Of a stretch of DNA of 64,000 nucleotides, positions 1 to 12,000 are shown piece by piece. Below the pieces are notes generated by a model. The model had not been told where the DNA came from, did no database searches, and saw nothing but the letters and a program-made list of their open reading frames with translations. A program made the translations under genes and the position numbers. The stretch lies in contig CM119269.1 of the NCBI GenBank assembly GCA_051294375.1, forward strand, positions 770,272 to 834,271, written 5' to 3'. Position 1 is the stretch's first letter. Each line of letters opens with the position of its first letter. The DNA is from Paraspadella gotoi (taxonomy: Eukaryota; Animalia; Chaetognatha).

Positions 1-188
1 ACACACATTTGAATCTCCCTTCTTATTAATTTTGCTAACCCTCGAATCTAAAATGTAAAAAATGAACAAATAAATTCCGACGCAGAGAATGGCATTGTGG
101 TTACGTAATCACCCGGAAATATACGTGAAAGACAATCACAGTGGCGGCGCAACACATTTGAATTACCGCTCTTGTTATTTCTTTTTAG

Positions 189-299
189 CGGCGAATCACG
201 GATCTGCGAAAAGCTCGAGACAAAAAAGGGCGAATCTTTCAACGATTGCAGTTCACGACGTCGATGGTCGAGTCAACAGGTTGGAACAATATTTATTGA

Positions 300-338
<39 letters not shown>

Positions 339-2624
339 TTTTTCTTTCTTTCTTTCTTTCTGTTTTTTTTCTAAATTAATATATACATTCTCTCTCAATC
401 TAAACAATCTCTAATCTATCTCCATTTTAATGTCAGTTGCTCTAACCTGTCGTCGACGAGCGGCCGAAGCGGCGGGAGCGGCGGCTGGAGCGGCGGCGGC
501 GGCGGCTGGAGCGGCTTTCACGCGGAAAGCGGAGATTCTGATTCCGCGTTGGACGCCGCTTCGGGCAAGGTGAGTTAAAAGTTTTTAGAGAGGATGGTTC
601 GTTGTATCGTACACTCTATCCTTTTAACAATCTACAGATTTTATTCTTGAATTATCTTTACTTCGCTTTTAAAGTTTCCAGAGGCAGAGGAGAAAGGCTA
701 ATCTTTTTCTTACCCTAGAAGCGCATCATTTTTTTTTCGCAATGAAATTTGCATTTGCTTTTATTATTATTTTCACGGACAAAATCGTTGCAATGTTTTT
801 CCTTTCAATAAACGGTTGAGATTTTCTTTGAGCGTTTGACGTTTCCTTCTTTTTCCTTCTACTCGTTTCTGCCTCCGTTGATTTCTCATTGCTGCTCTCG
901 CTGAAACTAACGACGGCGCTGTTAATGACACTGGGACTTACGATTCGCTTTTAACCTAAATTCGGCGACAAAACACAAAAAGCAGACGATCAAAATCGAT
1001 TCGAAGTTGACTTCGCCGCTTTCGCCCGCCTCCCAAGTTCGAACAATCGTCGCGCGTACCGTTCCGCATCTAAACGACGCCTGGCGCCACCTTTCGCCGC
1101 CGAACCCCGACGACGGCGCCTCCACGCGTCCGAAAAGAAAGTCGAGCTTGACCCTTCGTCCTCGGTCGGCCACCCTCGAGCCGCAACCAGCACCCACGCT
1201 TCAACCTCCGCGACGTAAACACTCCAACTCGCTCTGCATCCATTACGACGTCGACGAAGCGGATCCTCGACTGGATCCCGGCCTCCGCGGAAGAGGTCGC
1301 CACTTGTCGGGGCCGCCGACTCCGGCGTCGTCGACGGCTTCGTCCGCCTTTAATTTCTCAGTTCGTTTTTGTGCTGGGAAACCGAGTTCCTCCGGCGAAG
1401 AGAAGTTGGGTTCGGGAAAGGTGAACCTCATCTCGTCGGAGTCGCGTTTTAGTTTTAGTGTCGTCGCCTTGTATAATAAAATATTTAAAATATATATATA
1501 TTCATTAAATATTCGGCTGCGAAGTTGGGTATTTGTTGTTCGCTAACAGTACACCGTGCCACATTTTATCCTTTTTTTTTCCCCGCCGTCACTATATCTT
1601 TTTCTAGCGCAGTATTTGTCACGTTTGTCTTTTGTCATTTTTTTTCTTCAAAACTTTTATTTTTAACCTTAATTTTTTTTTTTTTTCTGATCTTCATTAC
1701 TCAACCGATATTGTTTGTAGTTTCTTACTTCGTTTCTTTTTAATTAACGAATTTTGATCCTCGATGCTCATTTGTTTTTAGGATCCGTCGACTCGAACGC
1801 CGCGCAAGCCATCGTTCCTCACGTCTATTCTTGGCGGTGGTGGCGGTAACGTGAGCCAATGGACCCCGGCGCCAACCGGCGCAAATTTGCGCCTATCCTC
1901 TCGTCCAGACTCCATTGGTGAGTAAGAATTGATTTTTTTTCCAAAATTAAAAAAAAAAATCAAATTCGATCTTAACAAAAGGCGAGTCTCCCTTCCACGA
2001 CCCCGCCAACGAGTCCCTAGAAGCACCCTCTACTTTTGAGGCTATTGTGTCGCCTCCCCATCATCAGCCTCAGCAACCACAGCTGCATACTTCGTTGATG
2101 CAGTTGCATCCCTCCCCGGTGCAACTACGGGAAGTCACCGAGGCTCAGAATTCGCTGGCTTCGCTGCAGTGCTTCCTCAACGCCGTCCGAGCCACCTCCG
2201 CCACTCAGGAGTCGGTTCTCGGGAAGTGAGTTGGTGTCTCCCTTGGTTTTTAATTAAAAATAATTATAAGTATTAAATATTATAATTAATAAGTATAAGA
2301 AATTAAAGCAATTCAAAGCGTTAATTCTTGAATTTAAAAACTGAATGCTAAAATATATTTTTCTTCTTTATTAAGTAATAATTATTTAATTTTTGTTTAT
2401 TTATTCATTTAGTATTCATTATTTATGTATTCATGCATACACTTTTTCCCCCGAACGCCTCAGTCTTAAAGCGGATCTGCTGGAGGCGACGGACCGCATC
2501 AACCTCTTGGTGGCGCAGGGGCAACGGGACAAGAACGAACGCAACAAATCGCTTCGTCACGAGCAACAGCTTGAAGAGCTTAGGAACCGACAGGTGAAAA
2601 GTCACTTTTCGTTAAGATCTTTTA

Positions 2625-2656
<32 letters not shown>

Positions 2657-2691
2657 ACTCACTCACTCACATCACTCACTCACTCACTCAC

Positions 2692-2732
<41 letters not shown>

Positions 2733-5700
2733 CTCACTCTCACTCACTCATCTCTCTCTCTCTCTCTATCTCTCACTCTCTCTATCTCTCTCTCTTTCTT
2801 TAGGAGGTTGCTTCAGCGCGAGCGAGAAGCGTTCCAAAAAGAGCGGGAGCAACAGCAGAAGGAGTTGATAAGACTGCGTCTCTTGTTGAGCGAAAAGGAG
2901 GAGGAACTGAAGGCCAGGAACGAGGTGAGAATCCTCGTCGTGGACTCCATACTGTTCGCTCTAAGCGTTCTGTATTATGGGCTATACCACTTTAATATGT
3001 TCCATGTTATATGTTATTTTCTTTTTTCTACTCCAATGTTGGGATTAGTTTGTGGCTAGATACATAACATAACATAACATGACATAACATAACATGTTAA
3101 TTGAATTACAGCGCGGAACATTTCTAATTTCCCAATCTCTTTCCGCATCGTCGCCGTCGGGTTTTTACCGACGGAGTCTCGTTAATTTTTACGCATCTTC
3201 GTGACGAAAACTACGGTCGGAGTGATTCTTCTTCGACTCTGTCTCTATCTCTTTCTTCGTGAATTTTGTTTTCACTGTAAACGTGACACTCACTTTTATT
3301 TCCTCCTTTTCTTTCTCCTTCTCGTGACAGGAGATTGAAAACAGTGAAAATAGGTAAATCTTTTCAAAAAAAGTTTTATAAAAGTAACAAAAAGTTGGCG
3401 TGGAATTTGGTTTTCGTTTTTTTACTTTTATTTTTTTGACGTAGAATAACCTGTGTTAACCTTCCTTATTTCTTAATTCGAGTTGTTGCAAATACGTTAC
3501 GAACAAAATTGTGCTATCTCGCTTCTATGTATCGCTTTTAACGTTCTTGTAAATGTAACTACTCGTGTTATAAGTCCCCTAAAACTGTTTATATTAAAAG
3601 ACATTTTGTTTTTAATCGCCCCAATACAATTTTTTAATAAAGAAGACCTTGCTTTTATGTTTGACTAGCAGCAATAACAATAAAGCATGCCGACTTTAAT
3701 TTTCTTTGGCTGATGTTTGTTTCTGCGAGATGGGATGTAGTTATTTTCCTCTTGCAATGACTTTGCATGACAGGGCTACCCTTTTTGATTAATGATGACA
3801 TCATTGATGTATACAAATCTATGCCCTTTTATTAAGTTTTAAGGCTGCTGTGATATTCATAGAGAAGATTCGTTTGCCTGCTTCTCCGTCTTTCTGACGT
3901 TCCAAAAATATATATATTTACTTACTTTTAAAACAACAACGCCAAAGTTTATATGATATACATATTACGTTGTCATTAGCTTAGAAAACAAGATCGTTCC
4001 AGCCAATGTGTTGCGCCGCAGTGACTTTTTTATGTGTATTTTCCTATAATCACATGGCTATATGACTATGAAATTTATATATAACAAACGTCTTATGGTT
4101 GATAACTACTATGCAAAGTTTAAGTTCAAACAACCAGACCAGGCCAGACCAGACCGACTTGCGGCGCAACTAAAAACAAAAGGGGGCGCTAGCAGTCGCT
4201 TATATTTGAGGTTATTTTACTGTCTTGACAAATATAGACGAGTTTGGGACAGACCGATGGACAGACAGACAGACAGACCGAAACTTGATTTATAAAGTTT
4301 CTTCGCAAGTACTCGCGGCGTAACTAAAAAAACATTATAATTTAATCCTACCTCAGAAGTTTCTTAGTTGGTGACGATTTCAATTCGCTCTGTTATATCA
4401 AAATTATTACCATGCCAATCCATATCTAAAAAAAGACTACTTCAATTAATAGTTGTTGCCTATGATATCCTACGATATATCAGATTTATATTGTATATTC
4501 TGAAGTAGAGTTCTACTGCTTTCATTCTTTCATTGCGTAGTTTGTTTCAATTACGAAGTATTGATTGGAATGAAGAGACAAACCACACGTGATGTAGTTT
4601 TTTTTTCTGGTTTTCGTGGTTCAATCTATTTAGCATTTGGTTTTAAATTATATTTTTTACTCTTTTTAACAATACCTTCCCTGTTTTTTTTTTTTCCCCT
4701 AAAGGACGAGCTGAAACGCGCTCCTCCGGAGAGGGATTCCAGCGCCGCTCATTTCCCACACGACGCCGCCCATTCCGGCGTCACCATCTCCGCCATTCAG
4801 CGGCGCTCCTCGTCCCTTCAATCGCTGGTCTCGACCAATGAGAGACAAGGAGCGCCGCCCAACGATCCGTCGCCAAAGACCCTCGTCTTCGCGGCGACGG
4901 AGAAGCGTCGCAAGCGGCCCTCGTGGAGGACGACGCCGGGGCCGCCAAAGACTGCGCAGGCGACGCCGTCGTCGAACAGCTCGTCTCGGCACGATACCAT
5001 CCCGCCTCACCTCATCAGCGCCACCAACGAAGAAAAGCGGCGTCTCTTATTCGGAACGGCGTCGTTTTCGGAAAGGGCGCGGCCGATGCCATCCCGGTCG
5101 TCGTCGAGATCGGCGTCGCCATTTTTGTCGCCGCGAGGAACGACGGCGACGACGTCGAATAGAGGCGTTCAACAGTTGTTTCCGCTCTTCCTCGCGAAGC
5201 GGTCACCACCGGCGGCGGCGGCTTCGGCGGCGCTATCGAGCGCCGCCACCGTCGCCGTCGCGAATCCGGAGGAGGCGGCGATCGAGATGCCCTCTGTTGG
5301 GTCGTTCTCTCCAACTCCGCGTCTCGAGAGAAAATTGAGCGAAAGAACTTTGACCCCGTCGCCGCCCGAGACGCCCACGCCATCTGACTACGACGACGAC
5401 GACGATAATGTTGACGACGTCGACGAGACGTTTTTGGCGTCTCAAACGTCGGTTTCTCGGCGAAGAGACGATGAGACGGATCTCGAGACGGAAATACGTT
5501 TGCCGAGTTTACCCAACCCTCTTGAAGGGCAAACACTTGCGCGTGCATTCTCGGAAGACTCACCTTTGCCCTCCAAACTAGAAAAACATAGAGTCTGTGA
5601 TACAGAAGACGCGCCCACGTCGCCCAGCGATAATTCTGGCCAGGAGAATCGCCCTCATGAAGAGTCAGCGACGGCCGCAACTGTGGCTTTGAATCCTTCT

Positions 5701-6033
5701 CCGAATTCGGACGAGTCTCCTGCTCTTTTGTTGGTCGGAACCCAAACTGAGACAATCGACGAATCCCACAGTCGAAACGATGACCCGATTCTTGCTACCA
5801 ATGATTTCCAATATCTCTATCTATCCCCGACCGGGTCCCCAGAATCCCCTCTAGGTCCAGTGGGGACCCCCACAGCCATTTTTGCTCCATCCTCCAACTC
5901 TCAAGCGCTCTCCAAAGAATGTCCATCCGAGCCAGCGCCAAATAACTTTCCCATCCCGAATACCTTGGCTCTTCGATCTTCCATAAATTCTACCCTCGCG
6001 GATTCGACCAAGCAAGAGATATTCTTCCTCTAA
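189..6033 (+). CDS. ARHGEF18: Rho guanine nucleotide exchange factor, ARHGEF18/p114RhoGEF (Cysts)/AKAP13/ARHGEF28 family; C-terminal exons only, 5' part lies upstream of the window
   Basis: GT-AG exons traced: 189-279, 437-569, 986-1420, 1782-1917, 1982-2225, 2464-2593, 2804-2924 (1-nt phase discrepancy), 4705-6033 (stop). Translation gives the coiled coil 'SLRHEQQLEELRNRQ..LQREREAFQKEREQQQKEL', the family motifs 'IPPHLISATNE' and 'VQQLFPLFLAK' (cf. ARHGEF18 PVHLLSATNQ...VQQQIPTKLA), and a hydrophobic PDZ-ligand-type end 'KQEIFFL*' (cf. ARHGEF18 KEDVIFF). DH/PH domains are not in the window. Confidence 0.8.
3984..4331. mobile_element. Putative short non-autonomous Helentron-associated (DINE-1/HINE-like) element in an ARHGEF18 intron
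   Basis: AAAACAAG end followed by a small hairpin (GCGCAA-TGTG-TTGCGC, perfect in the duplicate at ~10248-10263). Internal GTTGCGCCGCA / TGCGGCGCAAC inverted pair, (GACA)n microsatellite, and repeated GCGGCG(C/T)AACTAAAAA. The architecture resembles DINE-1-like elements; no database check. Confidence 0.4.
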
Positions 6034-9027
6034 ATTTCTTTCATTGTTTTGTTTTGTTTCTTTCATGTTTTGTTTGTTTACGTTTCTTCTCGCAATCGTT
6101 TTTTTTTCCCCTCGTTTGTACCGAAAAATCTTTTTTTTTAACAATATCCCGCCATATATCGCTTTAAATTTCCTTTTTTTCTCGGCGGATTTATTACTAT
6201 TTTTTTTATTTATGCGATGACGTTATTTATTTTAACTAGTCCTCGTTCGTGACTTTTTGTGATCATTCGTGAGAACATTGATTGTTTTCTTTGCTTAAAA
6301 ATCCCCCGCGATCCTAAAAATCCTTCTTCAGTCTGTTTTAAGTTAATTGTCTTTCACAAACTTAAATGTCACAATTCGCCATCAGTAAAATTCTGCCTTT
6401 ACTCTCGATATGGTATGGTCCTTTTTTTTTTTAATGTTGCGATATTTTCTCGGATACGTCTCGTGCCTTGTTACCGATTACTGTAAAATAATAAAATATT
6501 TACCAAAAAAAAAAAGAGTTGTCTCGTTTCAAAATATGAAGGGGCAGGTAAAAGTTGGCGTCTTTGGAGCTAGACCGATAAATCTTCACCAAATTACATT
6601 TGTTCTTTCTTCGTTCTAGGTGAGTTGTTTTTGAGTCGACCAATATCAATCGTTAGGAAGAATACTCGAAATTATTCGGAATAAGTTACGATTTAGTTTT
6701 GAGCCACCAGAAGAAAAAAAAAAGCTAACGAAGGATTCTGAATAATCAAAAACATGTGTTAAGGTAGTTTTTTGCTGAACGTTAAAAAAAAAGATTTGCG
6801 AGCGCGATGGTCTTGCTTGTGTTTGTGGGCTGACCTCTAATAAAATGTCAGAAGGAATGAAAAGTAAGCGAAAGAATCATTTGTAAAAACTAAACATTCT
6901 ATAATATCGGTAAGAAAAAATTTTATTTTTAGTGAGAAGATATTTTTTTTGGGGGGGGCTGAAATTTTTTTTTTATAATAAGAAAATAACTCAAAATGAA
7001 AAAAAAGACGCATACGGCAGAGACACAATATTTTTATCAAGTTTACAAACTTTTCTCCAAATATTTTCAAAGCTTTGTGATGAGTCACTGGTTTTTTTTT
7101 TCTGACTGGTTTTGCATAATGATGTTTGCTTCGGTTTTAGAAGTATTAAGGAGTAAAGACCTCGTAGCGAATACATATTTAGTTGTGACTACTCTGTCTA
7201 GACTTGAGAAAAAAAATCAGTCATGATCAGAAAAGGGTGAATAAGCTCGAGTATGATTTAGAAAGACAATTATGAAGTAATGTAGTGACTAGTATGTAAA
7301 TAAATTACGTATATTTTATACAATTTACATATAAGAGACAACTATATTTATCACCTTTTAGTTGAATCTTCTCACATATTTTATTATCTTCATTATAACT
7401 GTATTTCTTTTAAGACGGTTTCTAAATCGTTCGTTAGAAATAGTACATAACATTAAAATTCTACTATTAAACAGAATATGCATATTATATTCTCTGGTTT
7501 TTTTTCGTCGTAATCGCAAACGAGAGGAAAGAATAGATCTGTGATCTTTCACGATTGTGGGTGATAACTGATAAGACTTAGATAAAGATTCTTCACGATT
7601 TCCTTCGATTGTCCAAGACTCGATCTCTCCAATTTTCGATCTGCAATTTCTCACCCGCGGATCCCACCTTTTGGCATCCATCCTCTTTTCCTCGGCTTTT
7701 TGCGATTCTCGGGCAATGGACCGCTCTCTGTTATCCCATTTCCAATGAAGCCTTTTCCATCATTGCGTTTTGCCTTTGCATTTGCCGTTAGCCCTTGTAT
7801 CGCTGCCCTTTGCCTTTTCCACCTTTTGCCATTTTCCTCGGCAATTGTCCCCTTTAACATGGCCATAGGCTGCGCTCCCACCTCGCTCACCTTACTCTTT
7901 CATCTTTCACCATGTATCCTTGCTCACCCTGTATCCATACTCACTCGATCCGTTGCCTCACCTCCATATCTCCCCTTTTTACTTCACTCTTCGCCCTGAC
8001 TCCCAAAATAATGCCCATACTCCCCACCCTCCACTCCCAAGACCGCTCCCCCCCCAACCGCCCGACCTCGAACTGATATTAAACTTCTCACGCGTTCGGG
8101 CGTTCGTAATCCCTCCGCTCATTACTTTTTTTTTTCTCTCTCTCTCTCTAGTAGTTCTTTTTTTTTGTCCCCTAATCCAAAAAGATTTTTCCCTCTTCCT
8201 CCTTTTCTTCCTCCTCCCCTCCTCTTCCTCCTCTTCCTCATCCCCTGATCGTCGTGGCCGGGGACTGTTTAGTCCGGGCATTAAAGCTTTAGAAGAGAGA
8301 GAGGGAGAGAGAGGGAGAGAGAGAGAGAGAAAGAGAGAGACGGCTCATTTTATCCTCGAAACATTTCTTTTTCGCAAAAAAAAGTTCTCTGTCTCGGGAA
8401 CAAGGAGGGAAAAAGAAAAAATGTTAAAACTTTTTTTTTTTAATTTTTCGCTTTACGGTTTTTTATGTGTCAACTAATTTTTTTTTTAGTTGTAATCGCA
8501 ACCTTTTTTTAACGTTTTAACTTCGTCGTTGTCGTTATCCAAAGCGGCCTAATCATCGTCGTACTCATCAAAAAAAATTATTTTAACCCGATTTTAAGAA
8601 GAAAAGTGAGACTGGAAAATTGCGATACAGACATTAAAAAAAAAAATGAGGAAATTAAAAAAAATTACAAACACAAAAAAATTAAGAGAAGCGCCTGAAA
8701 AGAAAACCGGCATTCTCCCGGCTTTTTTGCTTTTTTTGCTTTTTTTGCTTTTTTTTCTCCCGGCTTTTTTGCTGACAATTTACTTTTACTCGTTTTAATA
8801 AAACTTTTATCTTTTTTCTTTCTACGAGAAAAAAAATATAAAAAAATAAAAGAATCCGGCTTTTTTTTTTGTGTGTGTGTATTTTTTTTTCTCTCTTTGG
8901 CGAAGAGAACTGAACATTGAACATCGCTCTTCGCGATGTGGAGCGCGTTTCTTCATTTTCGGCGGCGAGAGAGACTTTTCGGGTTTCTGTTTTTTTGAAG
9001 AATAAATAAAAAGAGAAGAGAATAAAC

Positions 9028-12000
9028 AAAGAGGGCGGGAGCAACAGCAGAAGGAGTTGATAAGACTGCGTCTCTTGTTGAGCGAAAAGGAGGAGGAAAC
9101 TGAAGGCCCAGGAACGAGGGTGAGAATCCTCGTCGTGGGACTCCATACTGTTCGCTCCTAAGCGTTCTGTATTATGGCTATACCACTTTAAATATGTTTC
9201 CAGTTATATGTTATTTTCTTTTTCTCTCGCAATGTTGGGATTGTTTGTGCTAGATACATAACATAACATAACATGACATAACCATAAACATGTTAATTGA
9301 ATTACAGCGCGGAAGCATTTCTAAAATTTCCCAATCTCTTGCGCATCGTCGCCGTCGGTTTTACCGACGGAGTCTCGTTAATTTTTACGCATATTCGTGA
9401 CGAAAAACTACGGTCGGAGTGAATTCTTCTTTCGACTCTGTCTCTATCTCTTTCTTCGTGAATTTTGTTTTCACTGTAAACGTGGACACTCACTTTTATT
9501 TCGCTCCTTTTCTTTCCTCCTTCTCGATGGACAGGAGATTGAAAAACAGTGAAATAGGTAAATCTTTTCAAAAAAAAGTTTTTTAAAAGTAACAAAAAGT
9601 GGAATTTGGTTTTCGTTTTTTTACTTTTAATATTTTTTGACTAGAAATAACCTGTGTTAACCTTCCTTATTTCTTAATTCGAGTTGTTGCAAATACGTTA
9701 CGAACAAATTGTGCTATCTCGCTTCTATGTATCGCTTTTAAGTTCTTGGTAAATGGTAACTTACTCGTGTTATAAGTCCCCTAAAACTGTTTATATTAAA
9801 GAACATTTTGTTTTTAATCGCCCAATAAATTTTTTATAAAAGAAGAACCTTGCTTTTAATGTTTTTGACTAGCAGCAATAACAATAAGCATGCCGACTTT
9901 AATTTTCTTTGCTGATGTTTGTTTCTGCGAATGGGATGTAGGGTGTTTATTTTCCTCTTTGCAGACTGTTTGTATACTTTCAAGATCACGATGACGATCG
10001 GGCCTACCCCTTTTTTGATTAAAATGATGACATCAATTGATGTATACAAATCTATGCCCCTCTTTATTAAGTTTTTAAGGCCTGCTTGTGATATTCAATA
10101 GAGAAAAGTATTTCGTTTGCTGCTTCTTCACAGTCCTTTCTGACGTCAAAAAATATATATATTTTACTACTTACTTTTAAAACACACGCCAAAGTTTATA
10201 TGATATACATATTACGTTGTTCATTAGCTTAGAAAACAAGATCGTTCCGCGCAATGTGTTGCGCCGCAGTGACTTTTTTATGTGTATTTTCTATAATCAC
10301 ATGGCTATATGACTATGAAATTTATATATAACAACGTCTTATGGTTGATAACTACTGCAAAAGTTTAAGTTCAAACAACCCAGACCAGGCCAGACCAGAC
10401 CGACTGCGGCGCAACTAAAAACAAAAGGGGGCGCTAGCAGTCGCTTATATTTGAGGTTATTTTACTGTCTGACAATATAGACGAGTTTGGGACAGACCGA
10501 TGGACAGACAGACAGACAGACCGAAACTTGATTTTATAAAGTTTCTTCGCAAGTACTCGCGGGCGTAAATAAAAAAAAACATTATAATTTAAATCTACCT
10601 CAGAAGTTTCTTAGTTGGTGACGATTTCAATTCGCTCTGTTATATCAAAATTATTACCATGCCATCCATATCAAAAAAAGACTACTTCAATTAATAGTTG
10701 TTGCTATGATATCCTACGATATATCAGATTTATATGTATATTCTGAAGTAGAGTTCTACTGCTTTCATTCTTTCATTGCGTAGTTGTTTCAATTACGAAG
10801 TATTGATTGGAATGAAGAGACAAACACACGTGATGTAGTTTTTTTTTTCTGGTTTTCGTGGTTCAATCTATTTAGCATTTGGTTTTAAATTATATTTTTT
10901 ACTCTTTTAACAATACCTTCCCTGTTTTTTTTTTCCCTAAAGGACGAGCTGAAACGCGCTCCTCCGGAGGGATTCCAGCGCCCGCTCATTTCCACACGAC
11001 GCCGGCCCATTCCGGCGTCACCATCTCCGCCATCAGCGGCGCTCCTCGTCCCTTCAATCGCTGGTCTCGACAATGAGAGACAAGGAGCGCCGGCCCAACG
11101 ATCCGTCGCCAAGACCCTCGTGCTTCGCGGCGACGGAGAAGCGTCGCAAGCGGCCCTCGTGGAGGACGACGCCGGGCCGCCAAAGACTGCGCAGGCGACG
11201 CCGTCGTCGAACAGCTCGTCTCGGCACGATACCATCCCCGCCTCACCTCATCAGCGCCACCAACGAAGAAAAGCGCGTCTCTTATTCGAACGGCGCGTTT
11301 TCGGAAAGGCGCGGCCGATGCCATCCCGGTCGTCGTCGAGATCGGCGTCGCCATTTTTGTCGCCGCGAGGAACGACGGCGACGACGTCGAATAGAAGGCG
11401 TTCAACAGTTGTTTCCGCTCTTCCTCGCAAAGCGGATCACCACCGGCGCGGCGGCTCTTCGGCGGCGCGAATCGAGCGCCGCCACCGTCGCCGTTGCGAA
11501 TCCGGAGGAGGCGGCGATCGAGATGCCCTCCTGTTTGGGTCGTTCTCTCCAACTCGCGTCTCGAGAGAAAATTGAGCGAAAGAACTTTGACCCCGTGCGC
11601 CGCCCGAGACGCCCACGCCATCTGACTACGACGACGACGACGAATAATGTTGACGACGTCGACGAGACGTTTTTGGCGTCTCAAACGTCGGTTTCTCGCG
11701 GAAGAGACGATGAGACGGATCTCGAGACGGAAATACGTTTGCCGAGTTTACCCAACCTCTTGAAGGCAAACACTTTGCGCGTGCATTCTCGGAAGACTCA
11801 CCTTTGCCCTCCAAACTAGAAAAAACATAGAGTCTGTGATACAGAAGACGCGCCCACGTCGCCCAGCGATAATTCTGGCCAGGAGAATCGCCCTCATGAA
11901 GAGTCAGCGACGGCCGCAACTGTGGCTTTGAATCCTTTCGAATTCGGACGAGTCTCCTGCTCTTTGTTGGTCGGAACCCAACCTGAGACAATCGACGAAT

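Noticed and set aside
4699-5755. Several Arg-rich alternative-frame and antisense ORFs over the ARHGEF18 last exon
   Set aside because: Expected shadows of a GC-rich, CGA/GAC-rich coding exon; no independent evidence.
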